Assembly (NCBI GenBank): GCA_965601925.1
Contig: OZ271854.1
Span: forward strand, 1,440,001-1,504,000
Reading direction: 5' to 3'
Origin: Alkalispirochaeta sp.
GTDB taxonomy: Bacteria; Spirochaetota; Spirochaetia; DSM-27196; Alkalispirochaetaceae
Length of the DNA stretch: 64,000 bases
Shown here: piece by piece, positions 18,427 through 26,413 of the stretch
Numbering within the stretch: the first letter of the stretch is position 1
Layout of the letters: each line of letters begins with the position of its first letter
Made by a program: the position numbers and the translations under genes
The notes under the pieces: generated by a model
Told to the model about the DNA's origin: nothing
What the model saw: only the letters and a program-made list of their open reading frames with translations
Database searches by the model: none

Positions 18427-21400
18427 ACTCGTCTCGGCGCGTCCTGAAGCATCTACGACGCGCGCTGCCGGTGCTTCTCCTTGCGGCGCTCCTGGCGCTC
18501 GTGGGCCTCCACCGCGCGTCGGGACAATCGATCGACGGCCTCGGGGCTGAACGGTGGCTCAGCTACCAAACGGGACGCTTTCGGATTATCTATCAAGCGC
18601 GCGACGCCGCGGCGGCGGGCGAGGTCGCTATGGTGGCGGATACGGTCTGGGAACGGGTGACCGGATCTATGGACTATCGACCGACCGAGGTGATTCCGGT
18701 CGTTCTGTACGGTCGAACCGCGGAAGCAAACGGCTTTTTTACACCCTTTCCGCCCCATATCGCGCTGTACGTGGCAAGTCCCAGCGGACCGTGGTTCGGT
18801 TCCCGCACGCAATCGTGGCTTGAGGCGGTCTTCGTACACGAACTCACACACTATCTCCAACTTACGCAACCCACCGGGTTCTTCGGGACGATCTCGCGCG
18901 TTCTGGGTCCCCTCGCGGCGTCTGCGGGCGGCCTGTTCATGCCGGGATGGACGATCGAGGGTCCGGCGGTCGTATCCGAAACGATCCACACCACCGGCGG
19001 TCGCGGACGGAACCCCTTCTTCGAGATGGAGTGGGTCGCGCCGATACTCGCGGGCGAGATGTGGAGTTACGATCAGGCCGGCCACGCATCGCCCCGATCG
19101 CCGAGGGGTCGTATCTACTCGGCGGGATACATCATGGTCGACCACCTCACACGGGAGTACGGCGAGGACGCCTTCGTGCGTCTCAATCGCGAGTTTCAGC
19201 GGTGGCCGTTTTTGGGAATGCGTCGCGCACTGCGAAACACGACCGGCGTTACCGCGTCGGATTTTCACGCCGACGTGGTAGCCGATCTCGAGCGCCGCTA
19301 CGCCTGGCGACGAACCCTCCCCGCGGGAGAGGCGCTTTCACCGCCGGGCGTTGCCGACTGGCACCTTGTGGGGTGGACCGATCGAGGAGTCGTGGCGTGG
19401 AAGACCGATCCCTTCGACCGCGGATCACTCCAGGTGGTAGATACCGCCGCGCTTCTCTCGGGCGACGGAGCGCCGGGCGCGTGGGAGTATCTCGCCGCGG
19501 CGGCACTTCTGGACGAGCACTCGGTAAGCGTCACTCCCGGCGGAGAGTGGGCGGCGGCGGTCGTCCGGCGCGCCGATATAGCGGGGGTCGGCGGCGGGCC
19601 GACGGTAAGCTACGGCGATCTGTATCTCCTGCACCTCGACGGGAGCGGCCGTTCGACGAGGATAACCGCCGACATGCGGCTCTTTCATCCGGCGATCGCG
19701 CCGGACGGCACGATCATCGTGGCGGTCGAGCGGATGGGTAGCTACGCCCGCCTCGTCGCGATCGATACGGCCGTCGGTACGATCACCCCACTGTACGAAC
19801 CGCGGAACCGGACGCTCTTCACCCCGAGCTTTTCTCGCGACGGTCGATTTCTCGCGGTCGTGGAGAACGCGGCGGGGCGTCAGGAAATCTTGGTGCTCGA
19901 GATTGAAAACGGTGCCGCGAGCATAGGATCGATACTACGAATCGGTGGGACCGATATGGCGCCCTACCGCCCGTTTTTCGTCAACACCGCCGACGGAACC
20001 GATGTCTGGTTTGCCGGAGATCGAGACGGCCTGCTCTCGCTATATCGGTGGCGCGTCGCCGACGAGTCCGGATTACTCACCGAGGCGGACCCGCCGGAGC
20101 TCATCACGCGCGACCGGGTCGGCGTCGTCTCGGGGTTTCCCATCCCGTCGTCTCACGGGGTGACCCGGTCGATCGTCTACGGGAGCTATCGCTCCGACGG
20201 CTACAACGTACGTATCGGTCACTTCGAGTCGGGGGATGTCGCGGGTTTGGCGCCGACATCGGGAGATGTCGCGGGATCGCCGGCGGAGATTCCCGAGGTC
20301 CGGGAACTACGCGCCCCCGGGCCCATTTCAGAGAACACACCGGACGCACACGGCGCCGTTCTCGCTCGTTCCCGGACGTATCGTGACGGCTTACGGCCGG
20401 TCTTGTGGTTTCCGTCCGCGGCGCTTCGAGCCGGCACGGATGAGCAGTCGCAGCTGGATGTCGGTGCGTCGATTATCGCCGTCAGCACGCTGGGCCGCCA
20501 CCAACTCGCGGCGACGGCACTGTATAACTCGGAAGAGGTCGAGCCGTCGGGATCGATTACCTATACATACTCTCCGGGGTCGACGGCACTGATGCTCGGC
20601 GTCTCGAGGAGCTATGAGATACGAGAGCAGGCGGCAATCGACGCCGGGCCGGACGAGATCGAACGCGAAACGCTCGTTACGGCACGAGCATCGCGCCCCC
20701 TCCTGTATCGTGCGGACCCGCAGCGCTACCACGCGGTCATCGGTCTGTTCGGGTTGGGTTATACAGTGGAGGAAAACCCGGACGAGCAGTCGGCACATTT
20801 AGTCGGTTCGCTCCGCTTGCTTCGCTCGGGATACTCCGGACGATCGCACCGCTTCGGCGCACCGGGCGGCGAGCTTCTGACCCAGGTAGTCTACGAGCCG
20901 GCCATACTCGATCGAGACGAGGTGGGGCTCGATACCGTTACCCGCGCCGTGGCGCGACTCGCCGGGCGGGGCGGCTGGATGCAACTCGCGCCGGAGCTCG
21001 CCGTTGCGACGAGTCTCGACGGAACGGCGTTGGAGGATCTCCCGTGGAGCGGTAACCGGTTCGATCCTGAGGGCGGAGGTGCGTTGACCACCGCCGAAAG
21101 CGCGCTCTTGGGGCGTCTCGCCTTACGCCTGTCGAGCCCCCCCGTCGACTGGGCGCGGAGAGGGCTCGCGACGACGGGCGCGGGGTTGGCTCTCTACGTG
21201 GAACAAAGCGCCGGTCTCACGGGTGTCGCCGGTGAGACGGGACCGGGGTGGTACCCGGATAACTATACCGTTACCGGCGCGGAGGTACAGGTGAATCTTT
21301 TTTTCAACCTCGTTCCCATTGAGGTGACCGGCGGCGTTGCATTCCGAGTACCCCACGACGATGACGGCGGCGACCGCGACATGCAGTTATACCTGCGCTT

Positions 21401-21539
21401 GGGCACACCGGTACCCACGGCACGCGGTGGTGTGGATCAGAGGCCGACATTAGGAAATGTCGGGGGAATGAGGCCGACATTAGGAAATGTCAGGGGGATG
21501 AGGCCGACGTCGGAAGACGTCGCGGGGGATGTGCGTTAA
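18423..21539 (+). CDS. Large exported/outer-membrane protein: HExxH peptidase-like domain, TolB/PD40-like propeller and putative C-terminal beta-barrel
   Basis: Signal peptide; VFVHELTH..WTIEG; PAIAPDG and PSFSRDG repeats; amphipathic beta strands in the C-terminal third. Confidence 0.7.
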   Translation: MNSSRRVLKHLRRALPVLLLAALLALVGLHRASGQSIDGLGAERWLSYQTGRFRIIYQARDAAAAGEVAMVADTVWERVTGSMDYRPTEVIPVVLYGRTAEANGFFTPFPPHIALYVASPSGPWFGSRTQSWLEAVFVHELTHYLQLTQPTGFFGTISRVLGPLAASAGGLFMPGWTIEGPAVVSETIHTTGGRGRNPFFEMEWVAPILAGEMWSYDQAGHASPRSPRGRIYSAGYIMVDHLTREYGEDAFVRLNREFQRWPFLGMRRALRNTTGVTASDFHADVVADLERRYAWRRTLPAGEALSPPGVADWHLVGWTDRGVVAWKTDPFDRGSLQVVDTAALLSGDGAPGAWEYLAAAALLDEHSVSVTPGGEWAAAVVRRADIAGVGGGPTVSYGDLYLLHLDGSGRSTRITADMRLFHPAIAPDGTIIVAVERMGSYARLVAIDTAVGTITPLYEPRNRTLFTPSFSRDGRFLAVVENAAGRQEILVLEIENGAASIGSILRIGGTDMAPYRPFFVNTADGTDVWFAGDRDGLLSLYRWRVADESGLLTEADPPELITRDRVGVVSGFPIPSSHGVTRSIVYGSYRSDGYNVRIGHFESGDVAGLAPTSGDVAGSPAEIPEVRELRAPGPISENTPDAHGAVLARSRTYRDGLRPVLWFPSAALRAGTDEQSQLDVGASIIAVSTLGRHQLAATALYNSEEVEPSGSITYTYSPGSTALMLGVSRSYEIREQAAIDAGPDEIERETLVTARASRPLLYRADPQRYHAVIGLFGLGYTVEENPDEQSAHLVGSLRLLRSGYSGRSHRFGAPGGELLTQVVYEPAILDRDEVGLDTVTRAVARLAGRGGWMQLAPELAVATSLDGTALEDLPWSGNRFDPEGGGALTTAESALLGRLALRLSSPPVDWARRGLATTGAGLALYVEQSAGLTGVAGETGPGWYPDNYTVTGAEVQVNLFFNLVPIEVTGGVAFRVPHDDDGGDRDMQLYLRLGTPVPTARGGVDQRPTLGNVGGMRPTLGNVRGMRPTSEDVAGDVR
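20229..20275 (+). repeat. 30-nt period in-frame repeat (SGDVAG x2)
   Basis: TCGGGGGATGTCGCGGG at 20229 and TCGGGAGATGTCGCGGG at 20259. Confidence 0.75.
21441..21530 (+). repeat. Three tandem 30-nt hairpin-containing repeats (RPTLGNVGGM-like)
   Basis: Units AGGCCGACAT/GT.. start at 21441, 21471 and 21501. Confidence 0.9.
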
Positions 21540-21901
21540 TGCATATCGTCGTGTTGGACTGTCCTCCTGAATGCCTGGACTCGTACGCGTGGGATCGGCA
21601 AGCCGGGGATGCGCGCGTCAGCCGATACAGCGGCACGACGTTTGCCGACCTCATCGAGCGCGCCGTCGATGCGACGGTAATCGTAACGACCGGACTTCCC
21701 CTGCGTCGCGAAGTTCTGGACTATCTCACGCGCTTGGAAACCGTTGCGATTCCACGCGGACGCGCCGACGAGCTTGTCGAGATCGCAATCGCACGACAAC
21801 TGGGTATACGCGTGGTAGAGTTCGACCCGCCACCGAGTGAGGAGGCAGAACGGTGTGCATGGATCGACTCGCTCTACCGCGCAATCGCAGAACCGCGTTG
21901 A
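21539..21901 (+). CDS. Stand-alone substrate-binding-domain-like fragment of a D-2-hydroxyacid dehydrogenase
   Basis: MHIVVLD..LIERAVDATVIVT..LRREVL..L.RLETVA..D.V.I..AR.LGI.V; no NAD-binding domain. Confidence 0.6.
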   Translation: MHIVVLDCPPECLDSYAWDRQAGDARVSRYSGTTFADLIERAVDATVIVTTGLPLRREVLDYLTRLETVAIPRGRADELVEIAIARQLGIRVVEFDPPPSEEAERCAWIDSLYRAIAEPR

Positions 21902-21928
21902 TCGCACTCTCCTGAACCTCCCGCCGGT

Positions 21929-21960
21929 GCGGCGAGTCGTGTCGCCGCCTTTTTTCTTTT
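21929..21960 (+). terminator. Intrinsic terminator of the efflux operon
   Basis: GCGGCGA-6-TCGCCGC + CTTTTTTCTTTT. Confidence 0.8.
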
Positions 21961-21980
21961 ACAAATTCCAACAATAAGGA

Positions 21981-22009
21981 TTGAAGATACGCTATATCTG
22001 GCGTACGAT
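21981..22009 (+). promoter_or_regulatory. Sigma70 promoter with an NrdR box in the spacer
   Basis: TTGAAG-17-TACGAT; ACGCTATATCTGGCGT (21989-22004) resembles the NrdR consensus ACACTATATCTAGTGT. Confidence 0.7.
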
Positions 22010-22062
22010 CTAACTTTGCGAGCGCCACAAACACCAGCACAGAGGGAAATGGGAGGGGGACT

Positions 22063-24348
22063 ATGCAGGATCAATCCGCGGTGTTACAGCCGGCAACGAT
22101 CAGGACGAAACAGCGGGACGAAGACGAAACCACGGTGGATGCGCCGAGCCATATCACCAAACGGGACGGTCGCTTGGTTCCGTTCGACAGCAACCGCATT
22201 CGGCGCGCGCTGGATCGGTGTTACGACGCTTTGGGACGACTCCCGAACACGGCAATCCGCGAGATCGTACGGCAGACGGTCAACGTGGTGTCGGCTCAGC
22301 ACCCCAAGCCGACGGTGGAAAACATCCAGGATACCGTCGAGATTGTGCTCCAGGCCAACGGCGAATACGAGGCGGCCAAAGCCTATATCCTCTATCGCGC
22401 CGAACACGCCAGATTGCGCAAAATACGCGCGGTTCCCGACGAGGTGAAGCAGGCGTTCGACGAGGCCGATACGTACTTTCCGACGCCGATCCAGCAGTTT
22501 CAGTTCTACGATAAGTACTCCCGCTTCGACTACGATTTGGGCCGCCGCGAGACGTGGCTCGAGACGGTTGGTCGAGCAGTGGATTTTCTGCGTGAGCTCT
22601 CCGAAAACCGGCTGGACGAGAAGGACTACCGCCGTATCCATCAGGCGATTCTCCAGATGAAGGTGATGCCGTCGATGCGCCTGTTGGCGATGGCGGGCGC
22701 TCCAGCGCGTCGCAGCAATATCGCAATCTATAACTGCTCGTACCTGCCCGCGGACAGCATCGAGAGTTTTGTGGAGGCGCTCATTATCTCTATGAACGGA
22801 TGCGGTGTCGGCTACAGCGTCGAACGGCGGTACGTAGAGCAACTCCCTCGCATTCGGCGCCAAACGGGTGCACGTCGCCTCACCTTCGTCGTTCCCGATA
22901 CCTCCGAAGGGTGGGCCAAGGCACTCGCCATCGGACTGGAGACGTGGTTTGCCGGCGAAGATATCGAGTTCGATATGAGCGAGGTACGGCCCGCCGGCGC
23001 CCCCTTAAGCGTAAAGGGCGGTCGCGCCTCAGGTCCCGAGCCGCTGCGCCATATGCTTCGATTTGCCCGTGATCGCATTCTTGCGCGCCAGGGCAGCTTC
23101 ATGACGACACTCGACGCCCACGACATCATGTGCGCGGTCGGGGGCGCCGCGGTCTCCGGCGGCGTCAGACGTACGGCGATGATCGCCCTATTCGACTACG
23201 ACGATATGGATATGCGCCACTGCAAGAGCGGCGACTTCTGGGTCCATAACAGCCAACGCTGGAACGCCAACAACTCGGCGGTATGGCCCGACCGTGAGCT
23301 CTCGCAGCAGGAGATCGCCCGCTTCGTGCTCGACATGGTCGAGTCCGGCAGTGGTGAGCCGGGCATCTTCAACCGGCGTGCGGCGATAAGGAATCGCCCG
23401 GCGCGTCGCGAAGAGGCGATCTTCGGCACTAACCCGTGCGGGGAGATCGTCTTGCGTCCCTACCAATTCTGTAATCTCACCAGTGCGGTAGCACGGTCCG
23501 ACGATACACTCGAAACACTCACCGAAAAGGTCGAACTGGCGGCGATCATCGGAACGATTCAGAGTATGGCGACCCATTTTCCCGGTTTGCGCGATATCTG
23601 GCGTAAAAACAGCGAGGAAGAGCGCCTCCTCGGCGTCGATCTCAACGGCCAGATGGACAGTCCCGTCTGTCAAGACCCGATGGTTCAGGAGCGGCTCCGG
23701 GAGCACGTCGTAACGACCAACCGACGATACGCGCAACTCCTCGGTATTCCCGCCTCGGCGGCCACGACGGCGGTCAAACCGTCGGGCAACTCCAGTCAGT
23801 TGTTGAATAGCGCCTCGGGCATTCACGCCCGCTGGTCGCGCCACTACATTCGCAACGTCCGGGTGAGCGCCCACTCGCCGGTGTACAAGGTGCTCCGCGA
23901 CGCCGGCGTCCCGATGGACCCGGAGAACGGACAGACGCGCGAGAACGCCACGACGTGGGTGGTGCACTTTCCCGTGAAGTCCCCCGACTCCGCGGTCGTA
24001 CGATCCGATCGCAACGCCGTCGAACAGTGCAACTACTGGCTGCAAAACCGGGAGCACTACACCGAACATAACCCCTCGGTCACGATCACCTACAAGCCCG
24101 ATGAGGTGATCGATCTGGTGCGTTGGGTCTGGGAACACCAGGATAAGATCGGCGGTATGGCCTTTCTACCCCACTCCGACGCGCACTACGAGCAACTGCC
24201 GTACCAGGATATCTCCGGCCAGGAGTACGAGGAACGCGCCGCCGCATTTCCCGAGATCGACTTCTCCAAGATCTACCGTTACGAGGAGACCGACCTGACG
24301 ACTGCGGCGCAGGAGTTGGCGTGTATGGCCGGTAACTGCGATATCTAA
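22063..24348 (+). CDS. nrdJ: Class II (adenosylcobalamin-dependent) ribonucleotide reductase with N-terminal ATP cone
   Basis: ITKRDG..FD ATP cone; PSMR, YNCSY, GTNPCGEI..FCNL, VKPSG, C-terminal CMAGNC; no beta-subunit gene nearby. Confidence 0.88.
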   Translation: MQDQSAVLQPATIRTKQRDEDETTVDAPSHITKRDGRLVPFDSNRIRRALDRCYDALGRLPNTAIREIVRQTVNVVSAQHPKPTVENIQDTVEIVLQANGEYEAAKAYILYRAEHARLRKIRAVPDEVKQAFDEADTYFPTPIQQFQFYDKYSRFDYDLGRRETWLETVGRAVDFLRELSENRLDEKDYRRIHQAILQMKVMPSMRLLAMAGAPARRSNIAIYNCSYLPADSIESFVEALIISMNGCGVGYSVERRYVEQLPRIRRQTGARRLTFVVPDTSEGWAKALAIGLETWFAGEDIEFDMSEVRPAGAPLSVKGGRASGPEPLRHMLRFARDRILARQGSFMTTLDAHDIMCAVGGAAVSGGVRRTAMIALFDYDDMDMRHCKSGDFWVHNSQRWNANNSAVWPDRELSQQEIARFVLDMVESGSGEPGIFNRRAAIRNRPARREEAIFGTNPCGEIVLRPYQFCNLTSAVARSDDTLETLTEKVELAAIIGTIQSMATHFPGLRDIWRKNSEEERLLGVDLNGQMDSPVCQDPMVQERLREHVVTTNRRYAQLLGIPASAATTAVKPSGNSSQLLNSASGIHARWSRHYIRNVRVSAHSPVYKVLRDAGVPMDPENGQTRENATTWVVHFPVKSPDSAVVRSDRNAVEQCNYWLQNREHYTEHNPSVTITYKPDEVIDLVRWVWEHQDKIGGMAFLPHSDAHYEQLPYQDISGQEYEERAAAFPEIDFSKIYRYEETDLTTAAQELACMAGNCDI

Positions 24349-24452
24349 TCCCTCATCGGCGAGCCGCCGACGCGCTTCATGCCGTATGAATCGCGTCGGT
24401 GGAGTCGCGACGTGAAGCTCAGGCGCCCCCCGCGAAACGGCGCCGGACGCCG

Positions 24453-25427
24453 CTACTCCGCAACGAGAATCACGACCTTGCCGCAGGCATCACCGCTCTC
24501 TGAACGCACCATCGCGGCGCGGATCTCACTCAACGCATACGTTCCGTCGATCACGGTTCGGAGAGCGCCGGCGTCGATCATCTCGCGTATGGTGTCCAGA
24601 TCGGTTGGGTTCTGTTTGGCAACGAAGCTGCGATACCGTCGTCCCCGTTTTCGGGATGCCGCGGCGCCCGACGTCACCGTCTGAAAGAGTCGACGCATCG
24701 ATCCGCCGACGCACAGGTAGATGCCCTGCGGCGTCAGGAGGGGTGCGTAGTCGAAAATCGAGCGATAGGCACCGCAGTCGAAGACGATATCGTACCGCTC
24801 CGGCCGGACCGTGACATCTTCGACGGTGTAATCGACCACGGTCTGTGCGCCGAGACGCGCTACCATCTCCATCTTCGTCGTGCGACAGACGCCGGTCACC
24901 CGTGCTCCGAAGTGCCGGGCGATCTGCACGGCGAACATGCCGACCGCCCCGGACGCGCCGACCACCAATACGCGCTGCTCGGCGCGAAGCTGTGCATGGT
25001 CGCGGAGTCCCTGCAGAGCGGTAATCGCCGAGAGCGGCACCGTCGACGCCTCCGCAGCGCTCATTGAGGTGGGACGCGCAACCAGTACGTTCGCCGGCGC
25101 TACGGCGTACTGTGCATATGCACCCATCCCACAGCCGGAGAGATCGCCGAACACCGCATCACCGGGAGCAAAGCGGGCAACCTCAGAGCCCACCGCCTCG
25201 ACGACCCCGGCGACGTCCGCGCCGAGAGCGGAGAGGCGCGGACGTCGCAATCCGAACATAAGCCGGATCAACCACGGGTCGGCGCGCATAATCCGGCGAT
25301 CGGCGGCGTTGATCGACGACGCCTCGACTTTGATCAGCACCTCTCTTACCCCGGGCGTCGGTACGCTCCGCTCGCTGATCTCGAGCACCTCCGGCGACCC
25401 GTACCGCCTCATCGTGACCGCTTTCAT
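24453..25427 (-). CDS. NAD(P)-dependent MDR-family (zinc-binding/quinone oxidoreductase-like) dehydrogenase
   Basis: MKAV..YGSPEVL, GADVAG.VEAVG, GASGAVG, GKVVI. Confidence 0.9.
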   Translation of the reverse strand: MKAVTMRRYGSPEVLEISERSVPTPGVREVLIKVEASSINAADRRIMRADPWLIRLMFGLRRPRLSALGADVAGVVEAVGSEVARFAPGDAVFGDLSGCGMGAYAQYAVAPANVLVARPTSMSAAEASTVPLSAITALQGLRDHAQLRAEQRVLVVGASGAVGMFAVQIARHFGARVTGVCRTTKMEMVARLGAQTVVDYTVEDVTVRPERYDIVFDCGAYRSIFDYAPLLTPQGIYLCVGGSMRRLFQTVTSGAAASRKRGRRYRSFVAKQNPTDLDTIREMIDAGALRTVIDGTYALSEIRAAMVRSESGDACGKVVILVAE

Positions 25428-25651
25428 CCCGTCTCCTCCTCGTCGTAGAAAAACACCTCTTCCACCCGCTTCCCAAAGACGCGGGAGAGGCGAAACGCCA
25501 GCTCGAGCGATGGGGAGTACCGTTGCTTCTCCATCGCTACGATCGTCTGCCGCGTGACGCCGACCTTCTCAGCCAGCTCTTTTTGCGTCATCTCGTCGCT
25601 GAAGAAGCGTAGCTCACGAATTCGATTCGTAATCGGAGACCGGCTCATCAA
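25424..25651 (-). CDS. XRE/Cro helix-turn-helix regulator
   Basis: NRIRELR..MTQKELAEKVGVTRQTI.AME...YSPSLELAF. Confidence 0.92.
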   Translation of the reverse strand: MMSRSPITNRIRELRFFSDEMTQKELAEKVGVTRQTIVAMEKQRYSPSLELAFRLSRVFGKRVEEVFFYDEEETG

Positions 25652-26100
25652 GCCGCCCCGGTGCGGTACATTGCGATGCGAGCCGATTCGCTCGCGATCT
25701 CCGAGAGTATCCCCGACCCGATCAGTACCACGAACATCACACTCACCGACATGCCGATTACGATCGGTACCATCGACAACGCGAACCCCAGGACGAAGAT
25801 CGCCTGTCCCACCTGGTTGACTCGCAGCTCGATTAATTTGTCACGCTCGTCCTCGAACGCCGGAGCATCCTCACCACTCGCGATGCGGTAGCCGATCGCA
25901 AGGAGTATCATTGCGACGATTCGCACTCCGATCGACACGGGGATGGAAATCAGGACGCCGGTCGCCCAGAAACGCAGCAGCGCGTCGGTATCGGCCGTAT
26001 CCAGTCCGTCGTACCGCCCGATCGCAATCGACCAGAACACGACGATCGCCGCGATCCCCGTTACGGTGACGATCACACTTCGCAACTCCTGATATGACAT
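25648..26100 (-). CDS. Membrane protein with DERD motif (DUF2178-like)
   Basis: 4 TM segments, EDERDKLIELR; AAGGAGG SD; typical partner of the adjacent XRE gene. Confidence 0.7.
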   Translation of the reverse strand: MSYQELRSVIVTVTGIAAIVVFWSIAIGRYDGLDTADTDALLRFWATGVLISIPVSIGVRIVAMILLAIGYRIASGEDAPAFEDERDKLIELRVNQVGQAIFVLGFALSMVPIVIGMSVSVMFVVLIGSGILSEIASESARIAMYRTGAA

Positions 26101-26155
26101 CACACACCTCCTTGCCGTCCACGCGGCGATTGCCGTTATTAACACCATACTAAAA

Positions 26156-26192
26156 GTAAATCGAGAATAACATAATGTAAAGTATTTTTTAC
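26156..26192. promoter_or_regulatory. Tandem GTAAA-N6-TTTAC-like operators, probably for the XRE regulator
   Basis: GTAAAGTATTTTTTAC (26177-26192) and GTAAATCGAGAATAAC (26156-26171), 21-bp spacing, in an AT-rich promoter. Confidence 0.5.
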
Positions 26193-26413
26193 TTGGTGTC
26201 TTACGAAACATTCTTAGACGACTCATTCTTCCGCGTCGCCCGCGCCATCGTCGTCGAACCGGCCGAGGTACCCTCTCCATACTCCGCATCATGGCCCGGT
26301 ATACACGGTCGTCCCGACCGCACTCCCTACGGACGTGCCTACCTCACCCGATTCACGCAATTATTGTTATAATCTCAACGTAGTCGCTCCGACGACACAC
26401 ACGAGGGGGCTCG

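Noticed and set aside
21441..21530. 30-nt repeats as a CRISPR array
   Set aside because: No spacers; the units lie in frame inside a CDS.
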